Shown here one piece after another: positions 9,663 through 19,511 of a DNA stretch of 64,000 nt; within the stretch, counting starts at the first letter, position 1, and each line of letters opens with the position of its first letter. Origin of the DNA: an uncultured Bacilli bacterium (GTDB lineage Bacteria > Bacillota_I > Bacilli_A > RFN20 > CAG-826). A program made the translations under genes and the position numbers. The notes beneath the pieces are model-generated. The model had not been told where the DNA came from and searched no databases. It saw nothing but the letters and a program-made list of their open reading frames with translations. The stretch is from positions 10,249-74,248 of the forward strand of contig CALVUG010000002.1 of NCBI GenBank assembly GCA_944363535.1, given 5' to 3'.

Positions 9663-10313
9663 TTAATGAGAGAATTTTTCTCGATCATTTAAGGAATATT
9701 CACAGCCACAATAATTTTGTTCGTAAAGCGCGTAACGTCTCGTCATTTCTTTATCAATCTTGATACCTCCACCACGTTTAAAATCGCTTAGTAAGTATTG
9801 AGTGTGAACGTATTTTTCATCTAATCTTTCACCAATTTCATTTAAAATTTTCGTCGGTTTATAGCGAGAGACTGACATGACGGTCGTAAAGTAATCGTAA
9901 TGATGATCGTCTGCATATTTAAAAACTTCATCCATCCTCTTTTCGTAACATAGTTTGCATCTTGGTCCACCTTCTTTATCAGCTTCGTAAGGAGTTAGAT
10001 CACGCATGTAAGAATCATGTTCATAAGGGAAGAAAATTATCTTGATGGAAGTATGATATTCTTCGTTAAATTTATCTAACATTTCTAAGATGGTCGCTTT
10101 CCTTTTTTCGAATTCGCTAGAAGGATAGATATTTGAATTCGCGTAACCAATAGTGATATCAAAATATTTATGTAAGAAAAACAAAGGATAAGTCGCACAC
10201 GGCCCACAGCAAGCATGCAAAAGTAAAGTTGGTTTCTTGCCTTCGTTTGGTAAAGTTTTTAAGATGTCTAACATCTCATGATAATCGTCAATAAATTTTC
10301 TTTTCTTAACCAT
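9663..10313 (-). CDS. queH: epoxyqueuosine reductase QueH (DUF208)
   Basis: …LLLHACCGPCATYPL… and …YCGCEYS… conserved Cys motifs of QueH. Start ATG 10313 (MVKKRKF…) overlaps the queA stop. Confidence 0.85.
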   Translation of the reverse strand: MVKKRKFIDDYHEMLDILKTLPNEGKKPTLLLHACCGPCATYPLFFLHKYFDITIGYANSNIYPSSEFEKRKATILEMLDKFNEEYHTSIKIIFFPYEHDSYMRDLTPYEADKEGGPRCKLCYEKRMDEVFKYADDHHYDYFTTVMSVSRYKPTKILNEIGERLDEKYVHTQYLLSDFKRGGGIKIDKEMTRRYALYEQNYCGCEYSLNDREKFSH

Positions 10314-11334
10314 AGATGAACATCGCATCTCCAAAGGAGAAGAAACGATATTTTTCCTCCGTCGCATGTTTATAAGCTTTCTTCATTAGCTCTAACGATG
10401 AAAAGGCTGAGACGAGCATTAATAAAGTTGATTTAGGTAGATGAAAATTCGTAATTAAAGCGCTTGAAACAAATGGTCTATAGCCTGGGGTGATGAAAAT
10501 ATCCGTCGCTTCTTTAGTGGCGAGAAAGCGTCCATACTTTTTAAAGTTTGCCTCTAAGGTACGCATGCTCGTCGTCCCAATAGGGATGATGCGGCGACGC
10601 TCAGCGAGGGCTAAATTGAGGGTTTTTGCGGCGCTTTCACTAATTTCATATTGTTCGCTATGCATTTTATGTTCTTCGACTTTATCGACTTTGACAGGTC
10701 TAAATGTTCCTAAACCAATATGTAAAGTAATGTCTACGATGATGACTCCTTTATCAAGACATTTCTGAAATAGATGATCATCGAAATGAAAGCCCGCGGT
10801 CGGGGCTGCGCTACTACCGACGTGCTTAGCGTAGACCGTTTGATAAGCCCCTTCTTCTTGTTCTTTTTGATGAATGTAAGGCGGCAAAGGTGTTTCCCCT
10901 ACTTCTTCTAAAACTTCTAAGAAGATGCCTTCATAATGAAATTTTAAATGTCTTATTCCTTCATCTAAAACTTTTAGACATGTCGCAGTTAAAACATTTT
11001 CTTTGAAGATGATTTTTGAACCCACTTTGATAGCTTTTGCGTTTCCACATAAGCATTCGTAAGTATCATCTTTTAATTGCTTTAAAATTAAGACTTCCAC
11101 GTGCGCACCAGTCTCGTCTTTAACACCAAATAATCTTGCGGGAATCACTTTCGTATCATTTCTTACTAAGACATCCCCTGGTTTCAAATAATCTAAAATA
11201 TCGTAAAAATATTTATCTTCGATCGATTCGTCTTGGCGGTTCACTAACATGAGGCGACACGTCGGACGATCTTTTAAAGGCGCTTGAGCGATCAAAGATT
11301 CATCTAATGGATAATCGAAATCTTTGACGTCCAT
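10306..11334 (-). CDS. queA: S-adenosylmethionine:tRNA ribosyltransferase-isomerase
   Basis: MDVKDFDYPLDESLIAQAPLKDR…RLMLVNR… typical QueA N-terminus. The 11367 track start is an upstream in-frame extension. Confidence 0.88.
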   Translation of the reverse strand: MDVKDFDYPLDESLIAQAPLKDRPTCRLMLVNRQDESIEDKYFYDILDYLKPGDVLVRNDTKVIPARLFGVKDETGAHVEVLILKQLKDDTYECLCGNAKAIKVGSKIIFKENVLTATCLKVLDEGIRHLKFHYEGIFLEVLEEVGETPLPPYIHQKEQEEGAYQTVYAKHVGSSAAPTAGFHFDDHLFQKCLDKGVIIVDITLHIGLGTFRPVKVDKVEEHKMHSEQYEISESAAKTLNLALAERRRIIPIGTTSMRTLEANFKKYGRFLATKEATDIFITPGYRPFVSSALITNFHLPKSTLLMLVSAFSSLELMKKAYKHATEEKYRFFSFGDAMFIYG

Positions 11335-11335
11335 A

Positions 11336-12466
<1,131 letters not shown>

Positions 12467-12958
12467 TTACCATTTGAAATTGATGTTTTGATTTGCTCCG
12501 ATAACTTTGAGGAACCCTTTACGTTTCTTAAACGCCATCGCTAAGGCGTAAGTTAAAATTAAGACGGTGAATTCACCCGCCATGACGAGTCCAACATTGA
12601 TCCAGAAATCGAGTTGTAAAACAAAATAAAGTTCCGCTCCGACGACGAAGCCATTCGCGATGACAGGAGCAAGTAAGGCTAAAAGCAAATAAGGTGAAAA
12701 CATCAAGGCTATAGCGCTTAACAAAGTCGCTAAAGTGCCAAAGACAGCGTCGACCCACCCCATCGGACCGATGATATTGGCGATGAAACAGCCAATCGTA
12801 ATACCGATGACATATTGTTTACGAAAGAATATAAAAATTAATAACGCTTCAGCGACACGAAATTGTACGCCACCATAACTAAAAGGAGTAGTAATGATCG
12901 TAATGACGATATAAAGCGCAGCTAAAAGAGCATTAACGGTAATGGAACGAACGTTCAT
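12467..12958 (-). CDS. queT: queuosine-precursor transporter QueT-like (ECF S-component-like membrane protein)
   Basis: 163-aa protein with ~5 TM helices, immediately upstream of and co-oriented with tgt-queA-queH. Size and topology fit the QueT family. Confidence 0.6.
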   Translation of the reverse strand: MNVRSITVNALLAALYIVITIITTPFSYGGVQFRVAEALLIFIFFRKQYVIGITIGCFIANIIGPMGWVDAVFGTLATLLSAIALMFSPYLLLALLAPVIANGFVVGAELYFVLQLDFWINVGLVMAGEFTVLILTYALAMAFKKRKGFLKVIGANQNINFKW

Positions 12959-12964
12959 AGATGT

Positions 12965-13117
12965 TTATCCTTTCGGTCCAAAATAATAAAGTAAAAGCGC
13001 TACTCCTACGACTAAGACGCAGAAGACCAAAGCGAAGATAAGAGCGTTTAAAAATCGCGATTTTAAACTCGGTTTATCTTCTTTCGGTGATCTTAACGAA
13101 TCTTTTTTCTCTTTCAT
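12965..13117 (-). CDS. 50-aa single-TM micro-protein (MKEKKDSLRSPKEDKPSLKSRFLNALIFALVFCVLVVGVALLLYYFGPKG)
   Basis: ATG overlaps the prs TGA stop as ATGA. It fills the prs–queT gap exactly, with a charged N-terminus and one TM helix. Not in the supplied ORF track (<60 aa). Confidence 0.4.
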   Translation of the reverse strand: MKEKKDSLRSPKEDKPSLKSRFLNALIFALVFCVLVVGVALLLYYFGPKG

Positions 13118-14037
13118 CTTGTTTCCTTTATCTTACTCGCGATGAGCGACGCTACTGATAATACACTTGTTTCATCGTGATGAAAAGCAAGTTCGATCGT
13201 ATCAGTGAAATAAATCTTTTTGATATCATGTTTTAAAAGTTCTTGATAATTGTTCTCTTTTAATACCGCATGAGTGAAACCGACGTATATCGCTTTGGCT
13301 CCTAATTCTTTTAAAGCTTCCACGGCTTCGATTAAAGTTGAGCCAGTATCGACGATGTCATCGACGATGAAGACGACCTTATCTTTAGGTGAACCTTCGA
13401 TATCTTTAATTCTCGTCTCATCGACTCTCGGACGAATTTTATAAATTTCGCCGAAGCTTACCCCTAAGGCTTTAGCGAGTTTTAAGCCGCGGAATTCTGA
13501 ACCATGATCTGGAGAAAAAATCATCACGTCATCTAAAGAATAATGATTATCTTTCATAACTTTTAAAAAGGCCTCTTTAAATAAGGAAGTCATCTCGATG
13601 TTATAGGTCGGAATATGGAAGAATTTAGGAGTGTTAAAAGTATGAATATCGCAAAAAATAACTTCATTTACCCCGCAAGATTCGATTAATCTTGCCACTA
13701 AAGAGGCGGTGATAGGATCGTTATGATGGATTTGTCTATCTTGTCTAGCGTAACCAAAATAAGGTGTCACTAAGGTGATCTTTTTCGCGTCATTTTTTCT
13801 TAATGCATCGACGAAAATTAAAACTTCCATCAAATGTTTTGAAGCGGGTCTAGAAGTCGATTGGATGAGGATGATATCTCTTCCTTTCACTTCGCTAATG
13901 GGCTTGACCATTTCTTCACCATCGTAGAAGGTGTAACTTTCCGCTTCGCCAAGCGGATAAGATAAAATGGAAGCGACTTTCTTCGCTAGAGCTTTCGAAC
14001 TAGAAAGATGAATAATCAAAGGTAAATTCTTATCCAT
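13114..14037 (-). CDS. prs: ribose-phosphate pyrophosphokinase
   Basis: …VTPYFGYARQDRQ… and …FIVDDIVDTGSTL… PRPP synthetase motifs. Ends with TGA. Confidence 0.93.
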   Translation of the reverse strand: MDKNLPLIIHLSSSKALAKKVASILSYPLGEAESYTFYDGEEMVKPISEVKGRDIILIQSTSRPASKHLMEVLIFVDALRKNDAKKITLVTPYFGYARQDRQIHHNDPITASLVARLIESCGVNEVIFCDIHTFNTPKFFHIPTYNIEMTSLFKEAFLKVMKDNHYSLDDVMIFSPDHGSEFRGLKLAKALGVSFGEIYKIRPRVDETRIKDIEGSPKDKVVFIVDDIVDTGSTLIEAVEALKELGAKAIYVGFTHAVLKENNYQELLKHDIKKIYFTDTIELAFHHDETSVLSVASLIASKIKETR

Positions 14038-14045
14038 ATCTGCAC

Positions 14046-14672
14046 CTAGCGATGATACTTACAAGCCAATAATAAAGACTCTTTATTGACTCGCCTTTCT
14101 TCTTTTTTTCTTCTAATGTCGTAAGCTAAATTATTTTTCTTAAGATAGTTCACTAATTCATCGCTATATAAATAGTAACGAAGGTAAGTTAATTCGAAGT
14201 TTTTCTTCGCGTCGTAATTTCTTACGCGATAATATTTATAAACAATTTTGCCATTTTCTAAGATGACGAAATTTTTCGGATGAAAATCTAAGGATTTATT
14301 GAACATTCTTGCGTAAAATGAATAATCAAAAATCGTTTCGATAATTTTTTCATCTAAATCTTTTTCGATAATTTCATCTAAGATCGTAGACCCTTCGACG
14401 TATTCTTTAACGTAGACATTATTTTTCTTATCGATATCGATAAGTCTAGGCACTTCGATCGATGAATGAGTTAAATCTTTAATATCTCTTCTAATAAGTT
14501 TAAAACGTTTCGTCCCACTTAAATCGTAATCAAAATCATCTTTGACGAACGTTAAAACATATTTCTTATCGTCTTTTGTCACTAGATAAGATTCATCAAT
14601 TTCATAATCGCTTTCGATAGGCGAAATGATTTGATATGTCCTCTTCTTAATAGAATAAGTTTCCATCTTCAC
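14046..14672 (-). CDS. small protein-kinase-like fold protein (hypothetical)
   Basis: 208 aa. …SLDFHPKNFVILENGKIVY… resembles the HGDxHPxN catalytic-loop region of APH/Kdo/RIO-type kinases. N-terminal β-rich lobe with conserved Lys (VLTFVKDDF). Confidence 0.4.
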   Translation of the reverse strand: MKMETYSIKKRTYQIISPIESDYEIDESYLVTKDDKKYVLTFVKDDFDYDLSGTKRFKLIRRDIKDLTHSSIEVPRLIDIDKKNNVYVKEYVEGSTILDEIIEKDLDEKIIETIFDYSFYARMFNKSLDFHPKNFVILENGKIVYKYYRVRNYDAKKNFELTYLRYYLYSDELVNYLKKNNLAYDIRRKKEERRVNKESLLLACKYHR

Positions 14673-15612
14673 ATAGAAAATGCATGTAACGCATCTTCTC
14701 TCCTACTTTCACTCCGTCATGATTAATACCGTTCGTAAGCGATTTTAAATCGTCTAAGACATCTTGTCCCACAAGCGCGTGCACTAAAATATCATCTACG
14801 ACTTTAGTTTTATTTTTAGCTTCTTCAAATAATTCTAAAAAAGACTTATGAGATTTATTTCCTGTTTCAGGATAAAGCCATTCGCTATGTTTTAAATTTA
14901 AATAATCGTAAACATCATCGTTATTAATTCCCACTGGGTAAGATAAAGCATTCATGATGGAATCGTGCATATGCTTAGAAAAATATCTTTTCTTACCACC
15001 CTTCTTCGAATTTAAAAACTTTTCGACGAATCTAAAATCTTTGTAAGCTTGATAGTAAGTATTTTTTCCTAGATTAATTTCAAATACTTCTTTAGCGACC
15101 GCGTCGAACATCTTTGAAACGATTTTACCTTCCTTACGTCTAATTTTTACAAGTTCTTTGGGCTGAGCAAAGAAAGCATATTCTTCTTTTAAAAGCACAT
15201 CTAAATTCGTTTCAAAAGCCGTATGGGCTAATGAGTAAAATTTATGATCTTTTTGTTCTTTTTTACCTTCGATTACAAAACCCGTACGATAAAAGACGTA
15301 TGGATGAGCGATATGGTCAAGACAATAATGGAACATGAAGCCACGGATGAAAGAATATAAAATTTCTTTTTCTTCACTTTCTTTGGTGTTCGCATATCTT
15401 AACATCGCATCATAAGTTTTAGCGATATCGATCTTATGAAGCATGCGACCAAAGCCTTGTCTAGCGGCCTTGTTCTTTCTTATTTTTAAAGAATAACCAT
15501 AGAAGAAAAAAGCATCTGGCCCTTGTGCGGCAAGTAAATATAAAGAAGGATGTTTTTCATCTTCTTTTAATAAATCACGAGCGAATAAGTAATGAGTGTA
15601 TAAAGCTGGCAT
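14647..15612 (-). CDS. putative zinc-dependent phospholipase C family protein
   Basis: MPALYTHYLFARDL… N-terminus and …HYCLDHIAHPYVF… His/Asp cluster resemble the Zn-PLC (PF00882-like) fold. Cytoplasmic, no signal peptide. Confidence 0.45.
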   Translation of the reverse strand: MPALYTHYLFARDLLKEDEKHPSLYLLAAQGPDAFFFYGYSLKIRKNKAARQGFGRMLHKIDIAKTYDAMLRYANTKESEEKEILYSFIRGFMFHYCLDHIAHPYVFYRTGFVIEGKKEQKDHKFYSLAHTAFETNLDVLLKEEYAFFAQPKELVKIRRKEGKIVSKMFDAVAKEVFEINLGKNTYYQAYKDFRFVEKFLNSKKGGKKRYFSKHMHDSIMNALSYPVGINNDDVYDYLNLKHSEWLYPETGNKSHKSFLELFEEAKNKTKVVDDILVHALVGQDVLDDLKSLTNGINHDGVKVGEKMRYMHFLCEDGNLFY

Positions 15613-15614
15613 AT

Positions 15615-15851
15615 TTACTTATTACCTCCATAGTAGAAGTATAGGACGAGAACTAAAACGATGATGATAAGAAGTAAACCTCCAATGATAGAAATGGCAA
15701 GCCATGGAATCGATTTTCTATCGCTAGCGGATTTATCATTAAGATAAGAAAAATCAGCCTTCAGTTCTTTCGTCGGGCGATAATCTTCATCTCCTTTACT
15801 AGGCGAAGTATCTTCTAATATTTCAATTTTTTCATCTTCATTTTCGATCAT
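15615..15851 (-). CDS. 78-aa membrane micro-protein (acidic N-terminus, single C-terminal TM)
   Basis: MIENEDEKIEILEDTSPSKGDEDY… followed by …WLAISIIGGLLLIIIVLVLVLYFYY. Tightly packed between folT and the PLC-like gene. Confidence 0.5.
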   Translation of the reverse strand: MIENEDEKIEILEDTSPSKGDEDYRPTKELKADFSYLNDKSASDRKSIPWLAISIIGGLLLIIIVLVLVLYFYYGGNK

Positions 15852-15853
15852 TT

Positions 15854-16624
15854 TTAAATTTCCTTTATTTTATAATAACTTTTTACGAGGCGAAGCAAAA
15901 GTAAGAGGATAAATAAATAGAGCGGAACATCGATGAAAAAGACGATAGCCTGAGCCATGAAAATGAGTAAGAAAGGTACTTCAAAATAATAAGTTTTAAG
16001 TCCGCTTCCTAAAAATAAAGCAAAGCATATTTCTAAGACCGTAATAGCGTTTAAAAAAGGAAATAAAGGTAAGTGATTATTTTTCTTTTTAAAGTAACGA
16101 TTAATAAAGTAGGCTAAGACGTAAAGTAAAGCAAATAAAAGAAACGCGACGATAGCAAGAATAATCTTTAGCCAATTTTCTAAGACGTAAGTAGTAGATG
16201 CAAAATTTAAACTATCCGTGTAAGTTAAATAGATCAGTAAACCAATATAGATTAAAGAAGAAAGAGTGATATTAATAATTAGACTTACATAGGTCTTTTT
16301 GATGAGTAAAAATAACCTTACGATAAAGTAAGCAAAAAAGCCTAATAAAAAATATTGTAAAGTGAATAAATAATAAGGCGGTAAGCCAGTGAAATCGACG
16401 ATAAAATAACCGAGTAAATCACTTAAACCTCCGACAATCCCCCCGTAAACTGGCCCTAAAATGATACTAGTAAAAATGATTAAAGCGGGCCCAATGGAAA
16501 TTCTTACGAAAGGTAAAGCAGGTAAATTTTGCACCGATAAAACTTTCGTAAAAACGATAATTAACGCTAATAAAATGCCTGATAAACAAATCTTTTGAAC
16601 TTGGCTTAATTTGATGGTGTTCAT
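15854..16624 (-). CDS. folT: ECF-transporter S component, probably folate-specific (FolT-like), with extra C-terminal TM segments
   Basis: 256-aa polytopic protein. Its start overlaps the folC stop by 4 nt. FolT–FolC pairing is common in Firmicutes. Confidence 0.55.
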   Translation of the reverse strand: MNTIKLSQVQKICLSGILLALIIVFTKVLSVQNLPALPFVRISIGPALIIFTSIILGPVYGGIVGGLSDLLGYFIVDFTGLPPYYLFTLQYFLLGFFAYFIVRLFLLIKKTYVSLIINITLSSLIYIGLLIYLTYTDSLNFASTTYVLENWLKIILAIVAFLLFALLYVLAYFINRYFKKKNNHLPLFPFLNAITVLEICFALFLGSGLKTYYFEVPFLLIFMAQAIVFFIDVPLYLFILLLLLRLVKSYYKIKEI

Positions 16625-17841
16625 AACTTCATCCTCACTTCATCGATAAAAGCGATGGATCCAGAGACAAGGATGATGTCATCGGGATAATTTTCTTTGA
16701 AACGTTTTATGATCGAAACATAATCTTCGCTAAAAGGGAAATCTTCTAAATATAAGAAATAATCGTATTCGCCTCTTGCTCTTTTATTATCGAAAGTAGT
16801 TAAGACAATATCGTGTGAAATCTTTTCAAATTCTTCTAATAGCAATGGTAAATTTTTATCTTCTAAACAAGAAAAGACAATATGAACTGGTTTATCAAAT
16901 AAAGCGATCGATTCATTTAAACAAGCGACCGCATCAGGCGTATGCGCGCCATCAAGGATGATGAGAGGTGAAGTTTCCACTACTTCCATCCTTCGATCTA
17001 AGGCTTTAAAAGTAAAAGTTGAAAGCTTATCAAAATCGATAGGTAAAATATCTTTTAAAATGTGACTTGCTTCTAAAGCGATAAGTAAATTATGGTAACC
17101 ATATTTTGGTCCAAGATATTTATAAGTATAGCCAGCGTAGGCTAAGGTGTGTTGCATTGCATCTTCATCCGTTTGTGTATAAGAAGAAATGATATGCTCT
17201 TCAGCGTCTAATTTCTTCGCTCTTATGGCAATGGCGGTTCTTGCTTCTTCATTTACTTCTTCACCAATTAAATAAGGTTTATCATCTCTTAAAATACCAG
17301 CTTTTTGGTAAGCAATTTCTGAGATTGTTTTGCCTAGAAAAGAAGTATGTTCAAGAGTCACACTAGTGATGATGGCTAAATCGCTCGTTTCGATAATGTT
17401 TGTAGCGTCGATATCTCCACCCATCCCTACTTCTAAAAGTAAGACGTCTAATTTGATGCTAGAAAAATAGGTAAACATCACTAAAGTGATCATTTCAAAA
17501 GCAGTCAAATCGTAAGCGATAAATTCGTCGATACGTTCATTGAATAATTTTAAGAAAACTTCTTCATCAATCTTCTTTTCATTCACTCGAATCATTTCAT
17601 TATATTGATAGTGCGATGGGGAAACGTAACTTCCGACAGTGTAGCCCATCAAACGATAAATCATTTCTAGATAATGTAAGGTTGAACCTTTTCCGTTCGT
17701 CCCAGTGATATGGATGATAGGACAAGATAGATGGATAGGATGTTTTTTTACGTACTTTAAAAGATTTTCGTTATCGTAAAGTTCACGGTGATCATGTTCT
17801 TTTAAAATATTTTCTAAATCTAGATAAGAATTAATGTGCAT
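16621..17841 (-). CDS. folC: folylpolyglutamate synthase / dihydrofolate synthase
   Basis: …IHITGTNGKGST… P-loop of the Mur-ligase/FolC family. …LLEVGMGG… motif. Confidence 0.9.
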   Translation of the reverse strand: MHINSYLDLENILKEHDHRELYDNENLLKYVKKHPIHLSCPIIHITGTNGKGSTLHYLEMIYRLMGYTVGSYVSPSHYQYNEMIRVNEKKIDEEVFLKLFNERIDEFIAYDLTAFEMITLVMFTYFSSIKLDVLLLEVGMGGDIDATNIIETSDLAIITSVTLEHTSFLGKTISEIAYQKAGILRDDKPYLIGEEVNEEARTAIAIRAKKLDAEEHIISSYTQTDEDAMQHTLAYAGYTYKYLGPKYGYHNLLIALEASHILKDILPIDFDKLSTFTFKALDRRMEVVETSPLIILDGAHTPDAVACLNESIALFDKPVHIVFSCLEDKNLPLLLEEFEKISHDIVLTTFDNKRARGEYDYFLYLEDFPFSEDYVSIIKRFKENYPDDIILVSGSIAFIDEVRMKL

Positions 17842-17862
17842 ATTATGACCTCGAAAAAGATA

Positions 17863-18342
17863 TTACTTAATATCTTTGATATGGCTTTTCATCGCTTTAT
17901 CTAAATTTCTTTGATTATCTCTTTCTTTTAATGCTTCACGTTTATCGTAAAGTTTTTTACCTTTACCAAGGGCGATTAATAATTTAGCCCTACCCTTTAC
18001 TAGATAAAGTTCGAGCGGCACTAAAGTTAATCTTTTTTCTTTCACCTTTTGTGCGTAACGAATAATCTCTCTTTTATGCATCAAAAGTTTTCTCGTCCTC
18101 CTTGGCTCGTGATTGAAGATATTACCTTTTTCGTAAGGTGCGATGTACATGTTTAAAATGTAAGCCTCATTATGGCGAAAGACGATGTAACTATCATCTA
18201 ATGAGACGTGAGCGAGTCTAATGGATTTAATTTCTGTTCCAGTTAACTCTAAACCCACTTCTAAAGGATCGTCGAGAATGTAATCATGACGAGCTTTGCG
18301 ATTGTTGACGATGATTTTTTTATGAGTTACATTGTTTGCCAT
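17863..18342 (-). CDS. smpB: SsrA-binding protein SmpB
   Basis: MANNVTHKKIIVNNRKARHDYILDD…GTEIKSIR… canonical SmpB. ATG at 18342; the track start is an upstream extension. Confidence 0.92.
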   Translation of the reverse strand: MANNVTHKKIIVNNRKARHDYILDDPLEVGLELTGTEIKSIRLAHVSLDDSYIVFRHNEAYILNMYIAPYEKGNIFNHEPRRTRKLLMHKREIIRYAQKVKEKRLTLVPLELYLVKGRAKLLIALGKGKKLYDKREALKERDNQRNLDKAMKSHIKDIK

Positions 18343-18395
18343 AGCGTATAGATTATACACTAATAAAGGCAAATAAAATTACAAATTTTAAAGAT

Positions 18396-19505
18396 TTAAT
18401 ACTTTTCTTTCTCTTCTTGTCTTAATCTTATCCCCTTCTTTAAAGCATCCATACGCTCCAAAGAATTTAGAAGATGAGATAAAGAATTTAGACGATAAAT
18501 GTTATAACGTTTCAAGATGAAATAGCCTTTAAAAAGACGTAATGAAATAAATCTTCTAAGTCTAGAATAACCTCTTAAAATAGTGAGATATCTTGCTAAA
18601 AAGTGACGAGCGAATTTTTCGTATTCATCTTTAATTAAATCGTCATCTAAAAGTTTTTTTGACCTCAAATAAAAGGCATCTAAAGCATCGCGGTTATTAT
18701 CGATATAAACTTTATGTTCTTTTAAGATGATAGGATAATAAACTGTCTCTTTCGTCTTTACATCGTAAGAAATTAAAAAGGCATCTTTTTTCGTTTTCTT
18801 TGACTTTTCATTTTTCGTATCGAGCATTAAATCACCGTGCCCGTAGATGATCTTAGCCCCATTATAAGTTTCAAAACCGCCAGCAAAGGCCGGGGATTCG
18901 ATGAGCACTAAGGTGGCGCCCGCATCCACTAAGGCGTGAGCTTTTTTCTTCATGGATGGGGTTGGATACTTAATATCAGATAAGCCAGTTTTTAAGATGA
19001 CGATGACATCTTTATATTCCATTTTGGCTTTTTTAACTTCTTCGTAACTATAATCGCTAGAGAAGACGTTTGCCCCATAATCTTCATCATCATCGTAAGT
19101 TGCACTGTCGTCGACGTAATTAAAGATAGCAGCGTTTTCAAAGATGAATGGTTCCATCAAAGATTCTTCTTTTAAACCAGCCCCAAGATGATATAAATCA
19201 TTTTGATCAAGTTGTTCTAAAGTATTGATTAAACCTTTCTCACCGCAATCTAAAAGACGTTCGTTGGCTAAGGTGACAAGAATCGTCTTAGGAATCTTGC
19301 CTAAGAACTTTGCAACATCGTTTGACATCGCTCGTTGAGTTTTGTAGACATCTTTATTTTTCACCAAAGGTGAATGTAGACCGATGATAGCGAGTTCATG
19401 TTCTTTAAATAATTCGATGATCGAAGCATCTAAAACGTTAGATACGTTTCCTTTTAAGACATCATCTTCGTCAGAATAAAAATAACCACAAAATAATATT
19501 TTCAT
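18396..19505 (-). CDS. CapA-like (metallophosphoesterase-fold, poly-gamma-glutamate capsule CapA/PGA_cap family-like) protein with substituted metal ligands
   Basis: Blocks …TLANERLLDCGEKGLINTLEQL…HLGAG… and …LVDAGATLVLIESPAFAGGFETYNGAKIIYGHGDL… parallel the CapA ANNH…D.G / …GAD.VIGHHPHV…YSLGNF layout. The His/Asn ligands are replaced (NER, ESPA). Confidence 0.4.
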   Translation of the reverse strand: MKILFCGYFYSDEDDVLKGNVSNVLDASIIELFKEHELAIIGLHSPLVKNKDVYKTQRAMSNDVAKFLGKIPKTILVTLANERLLDCGEKGLINTLEQLDQNDLYHLGAGLKEESLMEPFIFENAAIFNYVDDSATYDDDEDYGANVFSSDYSYEEVKKAKMEYKDVIVILKTGLSDIKYPTPSMKKKAHALVDAGATLVLIESPAFAGGFETYNGAKIIYGHGDLMLDTKNEKSKKTKKDAFLISYDVKTKETVYYPIILKEHKVYIDNNRDALDAFYLRSKKLLDDDLIKDEYEKFARHFLARYLTILRGYSRLRRFISLRLFKGYFILKRYNIYRLNSLSHLLNSLERMDALKKGIRLRQEEKEKY

Positions 19506-19511
19506 AATTTT

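Noticed and set aside
12959-12964. preQ1 riboswitch upstream of the QueT-like transporter
   Set aside because: Only 6 nt separate it from the overlapping upstream micro-ORF and prs. There is no room for an aptamer.
17842-18395. Possible tmRNA (ssrA) next to smpB
   Set aside because: Intergenic spaces flanking smpB are only 21 and 53 nt, too short for tmRNA. None found elsewhere in the window.
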